A stretch of DNA of 64,000 nt from assembly GCA_028023455.1 (NCBI GenBank), contig JAQFVV010000002.1, positions 32,612,001-32,676,000 on the forward strand, given 5' to 3'. The notes under the pieces are model-generated. The model was not told the origin of the DNA. It was given only the letters and a program-made list of their open reading frames with translations, and made no database searches. Positions within the stretch are counted from its first letter, which is position 1, and each line of letters opens with the position of its first letter. The DNA is from Epiperipatus broadwayi. Lineage: Eukaryota; Animalia; Onychophora. This document shows, piece by piece, positions 1-13,297 of the stretch. The position numbers and the translations under genes were made by a program.

Positions 1-494
1 TACTTAAAATTATAGAATGCTGATATCAAAAAAATTAGATCCATCATTATTTTAGCTAAATAAAAAACCTCATGGTGTAACATTTGCAAGTTAGCTAGTC
101 CTAAGATCTGAGTTTAAACCTAGGTTGAGTAAACTTGAAAATTTTTACAGCAAGCTTGAGATTTTTTTTTAAAATAATCAATCACTTTTTTAGTATCATC
201 TTATTGAATATAAGAGTCTATGCAATAATAAGAGATTTTATAAAAAAGATACAAATGATTACAGTACATTTGATTATTTAGGGGTAAAAGATTGTATATA
301 ATCAATCACTGTAAATGATCAACTAATTTTGGTCAGAAAATGAATATTTAGCTATTCTTAAATAAAATAAGAATAGAAAACCACTCAAAACTTCATCTGT
401 TGGCAATTGGGAAGCTTGATGAGTATTACCTTATTTAGATGAAATACTGAAGGGGTCTTTTCTCAGCAGTAGTTTATTTAAAAGATGTTTTACC

Positions 495-1085
495 TAATAT
501 TTGGCTGAAGATTTGTGATGATGGTATATTAGATGTGAAAATATGTTGCACTATTTCCATCATCTAACAATAAATGTTGAATGTATAAAAAATTTTAAAC
601 TTTAGTTAAACTTTTCAAATACAAACAATTTGTCATTTAGTAAATAAAATAGTCATACATCACAAGATTTAACTTGATAAGTTTGTAATTATAAACTAAA
701 ATAAAAAGCGTGCTAATAGCTCTAAAAAGCTTTATCGATAAATGCCGCAAGAGAAAGCATTTAAAATCTCTATCTAGAAACTATCCCCAGACCAGTTTCT
801 ATCTATTGGCTTTCCTCAGTGAGACACTAGAATATTTCAGACACTAGATCCAAATTACTAAAAGCCAGTACTTATCTGACAGTTAACTTTTAAGTAGAAA
901 ATCTGAAATTTTCAGAAACCTATATATCTGCAAATCCAGCTATCTAACTTAAATAGCTATATGAGGCTGAGAAATAAGTTGTTTATTATTAAAAAACTTA
1001 AATAAAGTTTAAAATTTTCTATCCATTCAACATTCACTGCTAGATAATGGAAATAATCCAACATATTATTACAAATGTTTTATGT
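495..1085. repeat. Fold-back/MITE-like element with a hammerhead-family element between its arms
   Basis: Arm ~520-620 (ATATGTTGCACTATTTCCATC..) is the inverted complement of ~990-1080 (GATAATGGAAATAATCCAACATAT). The same sequence occurs as an uninterrupted palindrome at ~59500-59610. Confidence 0.5.
700..870 (-). mobile_element. Diverged subfamily of the hammerhead-bearing retroelement
   Basis: Minus strand reads CTCA-CTGAGGA-AAGCCAATAGATA-GAAA-CTGG-TC-TGGGGATA (core 790-819), followed by CTAGATAGAGATTTT..GGCATTTATCGAT, homologous to the main family. A second copy lies at ~25170-25320. Confidence 0.65.
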
Positions 1086-1199
1086 AAATTTATTTAGATT
1101 TCAATAATGATAATTTTCCTATTAATATATATATATATATAAGGTAGGATTTATAATTATATATATATGCATTTAATCCTTGGATAAATATATATATAT

Positions 1200-1243
1200 A
1201 CTTCATCTTGCAGTTGATCGATGATAATAGTTGAAAATGATAT
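1200..1243 (+). mobile_element. 3' terminal stub of the RTE family
   Basis: CTTCATCTTGCAGTTGATCGATGATAATAGTTGAAAATGAT matches the RTE 3' end at ~44796-44835. Confidence 0.6.
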
Positions 1244-1499
1244 ACATACACCTTTGATATCTTCATCAATTAGTTAATGACTAATTTGGTAATCTTTTTC
1301 TTCCTTTTCCTCTGTATATAAATCTGAAAAAGGCTATTTTAATGTTGTTGCTTTTAGCTTACGGTAATTGAATAAAATACTAGACTACCTATGATACATT
1401 TATTAATATTATAGATTTATATAGAATGAGAACCGCTTTGAAATAATAATATGCAATTACTCAAAATTACATCATACTATTTGGTCATATCTTTTAAGT

Positions 1500-2220
1500 A
1501 ATTACTCCAACTTCATTCAGATTGTCAGAGACCAGAATATCAGTCTCCTTCACCATTCAACAAGACTCAATATTTAAATTGATTGCTGGACACAGAAAAA
1601 TGTGAACATTATTTTCATCTTCCTCAAATATAAAACAGCACAGAAAAACTAACTGGAGCAATATCATATCTGAAGATGACTTTTCTGATAAAAAAGTTGG
1701 CACCACGGGATGAATTTGATTCTATGATATTCTATAAAGTGACTAAGCAGATTATTGATTGGACCAAGAGTATTATGATATTCTAAATTATTTATAATCT
1801 CACCACTAAGAATCACAACTAAAAAAAAAAAGTCTCAATGATGGACTTCTTTTGCCAGACTAGCCCCAACTGAAGATTCATCCAACTATGTGATAAGCTT
1901 CCAATCAAAATATTACCGTTACCATGTCTGAGCACAGCACAAGTTCTATAAAATGTCAGCTTACATAATAAAGTTCTGCTTTTGAAACCGTAGTACTGAT
2001 TGGGAGATATAGGAATGTTTCAGACATATGTAAGTCTCTGCAGTGATTTGTTTCTCTATTGTGTGTATTCACAGTTCAATAATTTATTATGTTCGTCAGT
2101 TTTTCTTAGTATGGTTCCTATCTACAGCAAGTTCTATGTTTAATGAATAGTTGCAATCCTTGCCTTATCTTGAAATATCAATCTCAGAACCAATATCTTT
2201 CCACAATGGTTTATGAAGCT
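1500..2220 (-). mobile_element. Degraded Tc1/IS630-like DDE transposase remnant
   Basis: Hand translation across stops and frameshifts gives NLCCAQTW..YFDWKLIT.LDES, FRYDIAPV and PAINLNIESC, resembling the Tc1 DE, QDNAP and PDLNPIE motifs. Confidence 0.5.
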
Positions 2221-4264
2221 AACATTACTATAGGCTTTTATCTGTAAAAGAAAGTAAAAAAACTGGGATGTATTTTGAATTTCTGTTTATAAATAGGGTA
2301 TTCCATTATTTTTGTTAAATTTGTATTTGTTGGAAATATATTTAATACCTATTAAAAAGGTGGAAAGATAAAACACATATAAAAGTTCCAGGAGAAAATA
2401 ATAAAAAATTTAATTATAAAAACACACAACTATTCTTTTCTATTATTATTATTAATAGAACTTTATTCACAAACAATAATAATTATTTCAGTCAAACGTC
2501 ATTAGTTATCTTCAGAATTAAGTATTCTTAGAAAAAAAATTTGACAAATTAAAAATGAATGATAAATAATAAATGTATAAATAAATATCAAAAAACATAA
2601 TTTATAATCATTAACGTTTTGACTGAATAGCATCCACCATTGTCAACATTAACTTTTCAAAAAAAAAACCCGTTAGATCTCAAATAGACGAGATTGAGTG
2701 TGAGATAAAGAAAGAGATTGAGCGTGAAGTAGTTGAGTATTCAGAATATGTGAATTAATAAAATGTTTATCTTTTTCAATTTCACCATTAATTGTTTTCA
2801 AGTTTATATTAGAAGAGATAAAATAAGTGATACCATAAGGCTGGAATATGTTATGTTTTATCAACTCTATTTAAATCAGTTGGTCTTTGTAATATTTCAA
2901 TCAACTTCCTTATGATTCTCAATTCATACTTTTCCTAATTAGCAAGTATTTTACACTATCAAAATCAGGTTTGTGACCAATTTCTAAAAAGTGTCAAATA
3001 AAAGCTGGTGTGTTTAACTTCTGATTAAAGGCATTTTTATGTTCATTAATTCTGAAATTAATTCATCTATTAGACTGATCTATATAGTTTTTATGCATAC
3101 ATGGAATTTCATAAACACCCTGGTATTCCAAAAGTACTCTGTCTTTAGGTTTATGGGGAAAAATCACACATCTATAATTTTTTTTTTTCTTTTCTAAACA
3201 ATTGACAGTTTAAATTATTATTGTATTTGCTATTTAGTTGTGCTAAAATGTTGAGGGCAATATATGTATTTCTAATTTTATTATTTTTATTATTGATAAT
3301 GCAATCAATGTATTTCTTAGCTATTCTATAAAACAAATTCATTTAAATTAGCCCCTTCTTTTTTTACTATATCATATTCTAAAATTTGTTTATTTGAACA
3401 AATATTTCTTGCTCTTTTAAATCTATTTATCAATATATATAAAGTTTATGCATGGTATCAATATCAGAATTCTGATTTGTAAGATATTTATCAAATGTAT
3501 CCAAAACTTGAGAATTCAATATATTATGCATGAACTTTATTTTTATGTCCGTAAAATATATACTATTAATTTCTTCAATTTTAAAATTTGTATTATTATA
3601 ATGATTATAGAATTTACTTACCATTTATATTTTCCTTAAAGATCATAAAAGAATCACCAATATATTTTTTGTAAAACATCGGTTTGTATTTAGGCACTTT
3701 CAAAATACACATTGGACAATTATCCATATTCAATCCCTTTTCTTGTTTGCAAAATTTTTTGTTAACTTAAAATGTCACATTTGCATAACAATAATCAATT
3801 TTGCCAATAAATTTAATTTTTTATATCTTCAATCCCTGTCCAAATATATAATTGAGCTAAGTCATACATTAATAAAAAAATGTGAATACATAATATAGTA
3901 CAATGATTGAACACCTTTCCACAAAGTGTCAAAATAGAATAGAAACTAGTCCCAACCTTGTGTGAATGATGTATTGAAAGTTATTGAAACTGCCTACATG
4001 GGCAAGAAAACTCAGGTATTGATACTTCTATAACACTATAGACATTTTTGATTGAGATTTAAAGTATATATTTGAACTAGGAATAAAGTCGTTTAATAAA
4101 TGATTATTAATACGCATTAATATAGTTGAATAAAACAATAAATAATGTCACTATAAACAAGAAACGAACTATATCTGGAGAAAGAATGAAATATATTTCT
4201 ATGCCCATCATGTGATGATGTAGATCGAAGATTTGCTAAATCACAAATATGACTAGGATAAACT

Positions 4265-5640
4265 TGTTTTTTAGATTTCAGAACATGTCATGTCTAAGCA
4301 TGAATTAAAATGTAAACCTACTGTTTAAAACCAAATATTTCTTACCTTTGTATTCGCGAAATTATAAATAATGCTAGTAATATAGTCTAATTTGACTGAT
4401 TTCGTGTTCAATCGAATACAGCTATTATAGAAGAACTAAGTTCCAATAAACTTCAACTTTGAAAGAGTATTGTTGATCGTTTATAACTATTATCTGCAAT
4501 AGCAAATTTCAAATTAATTCAGTCATTCTGAAATTTTATACACAATCCATATTAATAGGAAAATATTACTATATTCTCAATGAGCAATTTTACCAAATAC
4601 GCGGGTATTTTAATCTGAGATCAGTCAACTCTCGGCCAGTAATAGTTGCGAAAATGAATACTTGATAGAAGGCGTTCAAATAATGTTACGAGGTATTAAC
4701 ACGGAACGTACACTAAACACAACTATTTTTTTAAAAATATAGAATATAATGAAGTTTTAGTATGTAAAAATTTAATTAATGATATTCTGAAATCTGGTTT
4801 CAACAGAAGGAATAAATGACTTTATTATTTATTTCTCGTATAATACAGAATAATTTTTACGCCAGCTTCCCCCTCCTTCGTCTGGGCCCCTTGCAAAAGT
4901 ACTAAATACACATTCAGCAGAACTAATCGTCTATATGTCTTAATAAAAATCTGACTTTTCAACATTTTATTACAAACTTACCACTAAAGTAAAACTGGTT
5001 TGTAGAAAATACATTATTATAATCATGTTAATCAAAACAAATTAGCTAAAATGTATCACATACTAATATTTAAAATTAGCGAATCTAAATTAACATTATA
5101 TATAAATCAATTAAATCGAACTGTCTTAAAAATCAATTTTTAAATTCATAAACTTCACATTAGTCTAACAATATATATTAAATTTTACCTTAGATTTAGG
5201 TTACTTGTTACTAATATTCACATTCACTGTTTGAATTTTCCGCCATATTAACTTAGCGACCAATAACGTTAAAGGGCCTTCACATAGTTATTTTGTTTTT
5301 TAAAATGTTTCTAATTTTATAAATTCAACATTTTTTAACGCTCATTTTAGATAATATACCTGTTAAAATGACAGAAAAAAAACATTTTAGTTTAAAATTA
5401 ATGAAAAAAATATACGATAAAAGTATATTACATAAAACTATTCAGAACATTTTTTCGGAGACACCGCTTGGTACGCTTTAATCGCACTACTTTTTTTTTA
5501 CCCGTGGGTGTTTTTACTGCTGGATATTGTTACTTTTACTAGCCTGGTTATCCGTTTCTTTGATGTGGAAAAGGGGGGAGGGGTATCTCAATAAAACAGT
5601 TTTAAAATGTTAATCATTAAATAACAATTTATAATACATC
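4265..5640 (+). repeat. Old duplicate of the K2P upstream/promoter region (paralogous to ~38325-39910)
   Basis: Collinear homologous blocks, including identical GTTTGAATTTTCCGCCAT (5229-5246 = 39502-39519) and CGCTTTAATCGCACTACTTTTT (5474-5495 = 39755-39776). Homology fades at the position of the K2P ATG. Confidence 0.8.
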
Positions 5641-6149
5641 AAATTTTCTTGAAGTAACTTGTAAAACATTTAATGATTTTCTGTAGTGTAATTTTTCACT
5701 ATACCACTTTCTATTCTCTTTTAACACCTTGTGGAGGGTTGTAATCATAAACCTATAACCAAACACGTGTAAAAAAGATGTATAATCCCCAAAATGCATA
5801 TTTTTGAGCTGAACTAGCACTCATCAGTTGCCCACCTACAGTTTAATTAATGTGTCAAATTTACTGCTCACAACTTTGACCCAAACCACTTCATGGAAGT
5901 ATCTTGTTCACATGTTTTTGAGCATATGTTTATGATTAAGATTGAAAGTGAATAGAAACCAATCCCTAACTTGCATGAGAATGGTGTAGTGAAAATTTAC
6001 AGAAATATTGATTAAGTGGATAATCTCCAGTCTAATGAATGACTAATAAAAATTAATTTAATGATTTTTTTTTTTCAGTGATGAAAGTTTATTCATCAAA
6101 AAAAAAAAAAAAACAGATACAAATATAGTTAGAAAAAGGTTAACAAGGG

Positions 6150-6665
6150 AGTGATTATATGATAAATTGAATTTTCAGAAGCAACATGGTAAGAGGGGAA
6201 GGATACATGGGAAAAGGGAATGGGAACTGGAGAGGGGAAATGGTGTGTAGTCCAGGCCAGTCCGAGATGCATGTCTTCATTGGGCAAGCACCGCATAGGT
6301 CACAAACATTTGAATAATTGAGTCCTATGACAGAGGATGGGAGTTGGAGGATTGCCCAAGTGTCTGTGAGGAGTGGAGGTGGGGCTAGTTTGGTACCTCT
6401 GGTTTTGAGAGAGTGAATTAGGTCCAGTAGCTTTTGATTCACTGAGTCGACACTGGTCAAAAATAATGGCTCATCGGAACAACCAGAGTGCATAGATGAG
6501 GAAAAACTGATAATCTAATATTTTCAAAGACCCCTGTTTCTATGGATTCTTGGAGGTTGAAGATGGTATTCCTGTGCAAGGAAAGGCAGGAGTTGATGAC
6601 ATGTCTCACTCCAAGCAGAAAGGGACATTTAAGTAGGAAGTGATGGAGGGTTTCATTGTCAGTTT
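6150..6665 (-). mobile_element. 3' fragment of a non-LTR retrotransposon (C-terminal CCHC region)
   Basis: Minus strand translates DNETLHHFLLKCPFLLGVR, typical of the ETxxHxLxxC zinc motif at the end of LINE ORF2. The segment is GC-richer than its flanks. Confidence 0.55.
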
Positions 6666-7355
6666 TACAGAGTAATGAATATTTTTTGTCAAATTAAAAT
6701 GTACATATTGAATAAATAAAAGTTTTTTAGAGATGGAGTTCTTTAAATTTTGAAAAGATAAAATGATAAAATGTAAAGACATATTAAAAATTTAAAGATG
6801 TATTAAATTAAATTAATAAAAGAATCAACTTCGGATTTCTGTTGTTTTGCAATAATACATCTTGCTATAATAATTCAATGCGAAAATCAATTATTTAAAA
6901 TATTACTAAGTAGCCTTAGTTTTAATTTTGCCATAACTTGAAATCAAAGCTGGAAGCAGATGTTTTTTTTATTATTATTCTTTCAACTTTATTAAATTAT
7001 TAATGTGAGTTAAGATGGCTGGAGAATGCACTCTGCAATTTTGGTTTCTAAGGGAAGCCCCAAAATCATCACTGACACAAACAAATACTAAATAAAGTCA
7101 GGTAAAAATGATATCATTATTACAAACTTCCAATTATTTTGATTATTAGCAAAAAACCATAATTTCTATCAAAAATTAAAAAATAAAAATGCAAATATTG
7201 TAGAAATATAAGTAAAAAAAAAAAAAACCTCTAGAAATCAAAATATTAAACATATTAATAATTAGAAAATGATCGGAAGGGGGGCGGCAAAGATCATGTG
7301 ACCAAAAAATTAAATTACTGCTGCAGTCAAATATGAAAAAAATAATATATATATA

Positions 7356-7452
7356 TTTTTTCATATGCCATAGCTTCAGCCGGGACGCTTACCCACAACC
7401 GTCTGCAACCAACTACTTGCTTGCAAGGCGGGTGTGATGACCTCTCGGCTAA
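7356..7452 (-). mobile_element. tRNA-Gly-derived SINE copy
   Basis: Minus strand: TAGCCGAGAGGTCATCACACCCGCCTTGCAAGCA..CCCGGCTGAAGCTATGGCATATGAAAAAA, homologous to the copies at 49702, 57371 and 63834. Confidence 0.7.
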
Positions 7453-7999
7453 TATTTTGCTACTGTTAACAAACAGCTATAAAAATGTTAGCAGAAATCA
7501 CATTCTAAACTAGAACCAATTAATTTGTCTTATGCTACTGAATCTAAAATAAGACTTGTTTTTTTCTCTTCTTTTTTTTTTTAAAGCTAATGGCATTTAA
7601 TGCTCCAGTCTGAAAATCAACTAGAACTACATATAGCATTTTTATGATAAAACTGAATAATTGCAATATTTAAACTAGCATTCTCTGAATATCAAATACA
7701 GTATTTTGTAATAAAATGTGTATAAAGTGGCTTTTGTAGCTATAGAAAAAAAAGTCTTGCATTTGAATACTTAATATATGTTCATAAGTATTATAATAAC
7801 TATGATATTTATATTGCAGTGTTGCCATAATCATCTTGCTTCTAGAGAAACTTCCAATATTAAATATTTCAAACTGACTGTGTGTATTTGTCATCATATT
7901 ATCACCAATCTAATCTTTCAAGAAATAGAATGTCTTGTCATTGCAGCCGCATCAATTTATTTCATATGAGCGTATGAAAAACATTCAATTTCACTGATC

Positions 8000-8650
8000 A
8001 CATTTTAAAGATAAGATATTCTTGGTCTGCAACTCAGTCTTCTTTTTAAAATTTTGTCTTCCAAAATATTGCATAAAAAATTATCAAGACTTAAAATATT
8101 ACCCAAAAACATGATCTTTCCCATATTCAATTGTTTTCTTTTTATTCCAAGTTCTATTAATATTTGGTTATTAATTTTTTTTCTATTCAATTTATTCTAG
8201 TTCATCTTTTTCAAAGTCATATTTCCACTCCAAACTTTTTCTTTCTTGTTTTCTTAAGGACCACATTTCACAACCATAAGTCAGTATATTCTAAATGAAG
8301 ATTTTAATAAATTTCATTCTATTTTTCATATTATTTTTATTTAGTAATAAAGTTTTTTTTAAAAAAAAAAACATATTTTGCTAGCATTATTCTCCTTTAA
8401 ATCTCAACAAGACGACCATTGCCATCATAAATTATACTTCTCAGATGACAAAATGTTTTAACTTCTTCAAATATATATTATTTTCTACACAGCAATCAGT
8501 CTTTTTATCTTTGGTTTGTCTAGCACCACCACTGAAGTCATTAACTTCATATTTACTATTTTAAACATTTCATTCATTTCCTTTTCTGGGTCTGCAAATA
8601 ATTCTCTATCAGCGTTATAATGAATTCCTTTAGTTTAATTGAATAAATAG
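8000..8650 (-). mobile_element. Degraded RT C-terminal region of a second RTE-like LINE
   Basis: LTYGCEMW and FLGNIL..ILEDKI.KRRLSCRPRISY motifs (ORF 8005-8190). Confidence 0.6.
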
Positions 8651-9785
8651 GATGATAAGGACAGCTACCATGTCCCAGGTAATACCAGAGTGTCAGACTC
8701 TCAGGAGATAATAGGCATGCCCCCTCATCTGTATCATTGTTTTTTTATATCTTTGAATTTTTTCTTTTTCTGGAGTACTAATGTAATTCTGGATAATACA
8801 GGCTTTCACGCCAGTTGATGCAACTTACAGTTTAAATTAATGTAATCCCCAACTGGTTCAAATTGGATTTAAATATTTACAAGCAAATGGAGGAACATAT
8901 ATATATATATTCATCTTGTTATGCACTCTTATTAATATACATATTTAAAAATTGGAACAGTAGAAATAGTTTTATGTTCAGTTGCCACAACTTTATAATT
9001 CTATAACTTCCTTAAAAATTCAATATTTTTTAATGTAACATATTATCATTATATTTTTAAACTATTTTGATATATTATCAAAGTGTTCAACCTTTCCATT
9101 TTCATGATTACAAGAAACTATTTGACTTCATTAAAAGCTAGATAACTTTATCGAATTCTAAATGAATCAATACATTTGAATCTCAATTATCATTATTCAA
9201 AACCTGATGAAAATATGTTTCCTCACCTGTTCAAAATTTAACTAAGAGACTTACGCTGAATGATTTAATAGGATTGTTACAAACTTTTCAGGTCCATATT
9301 GTGTTTTCAAGATTCAACGCAGATCTAAAATAACTATGATTAGAATCTGTCTATGTCCTTTATAAATTAAATACACCATTTATTTTTTATGTTAAAGATA
9401 TTTGTAATAAGTTTTACATTTAATTTATTATTCAGCTAAATAGAAAATCTCATATGTTTTTTTAAAATCAAATCACTAATAATAAGATCAATGTCGAAAG
9501 TGCCCCGATTCTTTTCTTTAGAAAAGCTAACAATAGATTTACTTGTATCTTGTTGTATTTTTGTAAAAATTGCATAGAAGTTTGTGCACTCCAGAAAAAC
9601 TAGAATTTATTCGAGAGATTGTTTTTAGATCGCGTACTGACAACTGAAAAATTTAATTAAAGAATTAACGTAATGGCGATCGATAAAATTCCAAGAAATA
9701 TTTTCTGATTGCAAATATTTCTAGATAAAAGACCTTACCTTATTGGAGAAGGTAATTAATTGTTGCAATTATCAGAAATTTATAA

Positions 9786-10335
9786 AAAGAGTATGTAACA
9801 AGTACGTCAGGCCATTCGAGTGCATCTCCAGTTGACTTTCCTGTTCAATTCCGATAGGAGAGATCTAGTGTCAGTGATTCAGTTAATGTCCTGCACTTAG
9901 TGGACATGTAGTTCATAGGTATAGCTGAAAGGGCCCACAGAGATTGGGAGACTGTAGCCTGAGGAAACCGTCCAGATAGCAGCTGAATGAAGAGTTGAGT
10001 TTCCTGCAGTTTTCAAGTGAAGTTACTGGTGGACTGTTGCAGAAAGAGAAGCTGTAAGGAGCTTATAGTCAGTTGCAGTGCTACATTACGATGTGTTTGT
10101 TCGTGTGCAGCTAAACTGGACTGGGGCCAAGGTGTGCATAAACCTAACCCATTGTGAACCACTCTTGTAGCAACCAGCCTGAAAGTATGTCATTGGAATT
10201 GAACATTAGTGAACTGTTCAGTTTGTGTTGTTTCAGACTATTTGCTATTTTAATTACAGGTCTTTTATTGTATATATTCATTTGCTGGCCGCTCAGTCAT
10301 ATTTGTAGGCACAGCATATCTATAACATACTCTTT
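9786..10335. mobile_element. ~550-bp GC-richer insertion bounded by 11-bp inverted repeats (solo-LTR-like or TIR element)
   Basis: AAAGAGTATGT at 9786-9796 and ACATACTCTTT at 10325-10335. Inner ends read TGTAACA..TATAACA. No direct TSD found. Confidence 0.4.
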
Positions 10336-10589
10336 AAGAAAATTTTGTATTACAATAATACAATAAATTAATCAAATTAGCAACTTTTATGTTTAATAGC
10401 TGCTAACATTTTATACTTATAACAGATAATTCTAAAGAATAAACACCGGTTTTTATATGAATATGGTTAGATTAAGATCTTTTTAAATTTAACTATCATT
10501 TTAACATAGGGTGCATTAATTTATGATTTATGCAGCAATATATACTTGAAGTATCTATGCAAAATGAACTCTTGTATCCTGATTCCAAA

Positions 10590-11640
10590 TTGTAACTTAA
10601 CCTTTTAGTTAAAATAGAAATTAATTTAGCTAGCCAAAAAAATTTTTTTTTACTAAAATTCTTCCACAACCATAGTTTCACCTATTAACAAATAGACCTT
10701 TTCAAGTGAAATTCAATAAAATATATATACAAAACTGTTGTGTTGGTCACGATCATACATATAAACACAAACGAGTATACATACGTTTTATATATTTATT
10801 AGTAATATATCGATACAAAACATACATTCGATTTATAATTGTTATATATATATATATAGTTCAAGGGTGAACTGTTGAAGAAGGGTCTGAATGTGTCTTA
10901 TCTATATTTCCTACGTACTTCAGCTGTATACTTAGTAACCTACCATAAGAGTAGGTATAGCGACTTCCGGCTATAACAACTTACCTTAACTTGGCTTTGC
11001 TTCTGGCAGCTTCTAGTCTTGAATGTGGACTTGCCTTTCTGCCTGTCAGCTTAAATGGCTATAATCTGGAGAGCAAGCACTGCTGTTCAGGTTAACAGAA
11101 GTTCCCTTCAACCATATATGGAGATCCAGGTTCCTGTTATTTGGGATTAACAGTTGTTCTCTAACCTTTATTTCATAAAGACTGACTATTTATTGCCAGA
11201 TCCCCAGCCCTAATGTAAACATTAGGATTCAATGAGCATCATTGCCTATTCTTGCCATTGGCTATGCATTATCTATTTATATACACATTGGTTAGTGGCA
11301 ATGAATGCTCCATCCAATCACAATAAGAAAGAAATCTGTACTAGTCCATTATTTGAAGACAAGATAAGATATGATAAAACAAAATAGCCTTCCCACCATT
11401 CACTTCAAAAATCAACTTTCTATATGTTAAAGGAAATTGGTTTTTGAAGTGAATGATGGGAAAGTTATTTTGTGTTGTATATATATATGTTTCATTATCT
11501 TGTTGAATTTCACTTGAAAAGACCTATTTGTTAATATTTGAAACCATAGTCATAGTAGAATTTTAGTAAAATTTTATTTTTTTAGCTAATATTGTTATAT
11601 TATATGATTGTTCTATTTTATTTACAATTATTATTATAGT
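10590..11640. repeat. Palindromic MITE-like element interrupted by a ~600-bp insertion
   Basis: ~10600-10730 is the inverted complement of ~11500-11630. A central hairpin spans ~11378-11473. Confidence 0.55.
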
Positions 11641-12583
11641 GAAATGGTATTATTTTAGCCATCATCCTGTGTCACCTACTATGTTCCATAGTAGTATCTT
11701 TTTCCCTAATTTAAATCCATCCCAGTTCACGTATATAAGCTTTTAATAATTTATTTCATATGAAATACCGTATATTTACACATATGTGTGTGTACTTGTA
11801 TAGGTGTGTACATCCAAGAATCATATTAATATTTGTGTGCATATAATACACATGATGTTATAAATTTAAAATTATTAAAATGATATAAATTAAATTAAGT
11901 TGTGTGAACATTGTTATATGTGTGTAATTACCTACATATATATGTGAAAGAAGCCATAATGCATTAGATTTAAAAGCATTACAACTCTTTGAAATTAATT
12001 TAAATTTGCATTATTCTTAGTTAAAAACTCTTTATTTAAAGGCATTTGTATATAAATTTCAATTTCTGTGGTAATCCCACACACATGTATGTTAAATGTT
12101 TATGAACTTAAACTCTTTTTAAAAAAAGTTAGTGGTTTTTATAAAAAAAATGTAATTTCATAGAAAACCATCTACAAGTAATTAATCAAACTTGGAGTCA
12201 AAATTTTAATGTCTTTTAAAATAACTAAGCACATTTTGTAACCTGTTTGACTGTTATTGTTTTCGCCAAAAAATGACCAAAGTTTTCATTTTTATGCATT
12301 TTAAATTACTAAGAAAACTTTGGGGAAAATTGTAAACAGGCCACTCGAATTACCAATTTTTTTTGTATAAAAAGCTTTAAATTTTGCTAAGTGGGGTTCA
12401 CTCATTAATTCTCATCCCTGGTGTTTGCTGCGGCATGGCGTTGATGCTAATCAAAAACATATACATATTATGGTTCCGGGTCAGACCTGTGATTGATTTG
12501 ATATAAAAAGATCTGATTTATTAGATTTGTAATAAAATATTCTAGTAACTAATGCTATTATATGATGTTAGTCTTTCATTTTT

Positions 12584-12905
12584 GTAAATGTTTATTAATC
12601 TTATATTGTTTTTTAGTTTGTGTGTGTGTCTTTAAAGTTATGGGGTTTTCTAATTTTTTTTTGATTTTATGTGTGTCTTTTTAAAGTTACGGTATTTTTT
12701 TCAAGAGTAAATAAATCATTTTATTAAAAAGCAATATGTAATAAGTAAATGTTTATTAATCTTATATTGTTTTTTAGTTTGCGTGTGGTGTCTTTAAAGT
12801 TATGGTGTTTTTCTAATTTTTTTTTACTTCATGTGTGTCTTTTTAAAGTTATGGTATTTTTTTCAAAAGTAAATCAATAATTTTATTAAAAAGCAATACG
12901 TAATT
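12584..12905 (+). repeat. Two-copy tandem duplication, ~161-bp period
   Basis: GTAAATGTTTATTAATCTTATATTG starts at 12584 and again at 12745. Confidence 0.85.
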
Positions 12906-13297
12906 ATAAATCTATAAAAAGTAATGTAATTTAGACAACATTTACTATTATGATTTTGTGTGTGTTTTAATAATACACATACATCACTACAAATGGAAAA
13001 TAATTCACGGCAACAACTAAAAAGAAAAATAAACCCTCCCAAATATTTAATTAAATGATTCTATGTTAAGTTCGAAGACTAACAAATAATCTTTGAACTT
13101 GGGGAAAGTATTGTTATGTAGGTGTATAATTAAAATACACACACAAAATAATAATAGTAAATGTTGTAAATGGGGATTTAATATTTAATCGTATGTATGT
13201 GTATCAATTGTCGCATATACATATGCAAGTTATATATATACGTGAAGATAAAAAAAATACTTCGTTAATTTAAAATCATCTTAGACTTTAATAGCTG

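Noticed and set aside
5629-5820. 63-aa minus-strand ORF
   Set aside because: No recognisable domain or splice support.
11378-11473. Pre-miRNA-sized hairpin
   Set aside because: It is the centre of a larger palindromic MITE whose arms extend to ~10600 and ~11630.
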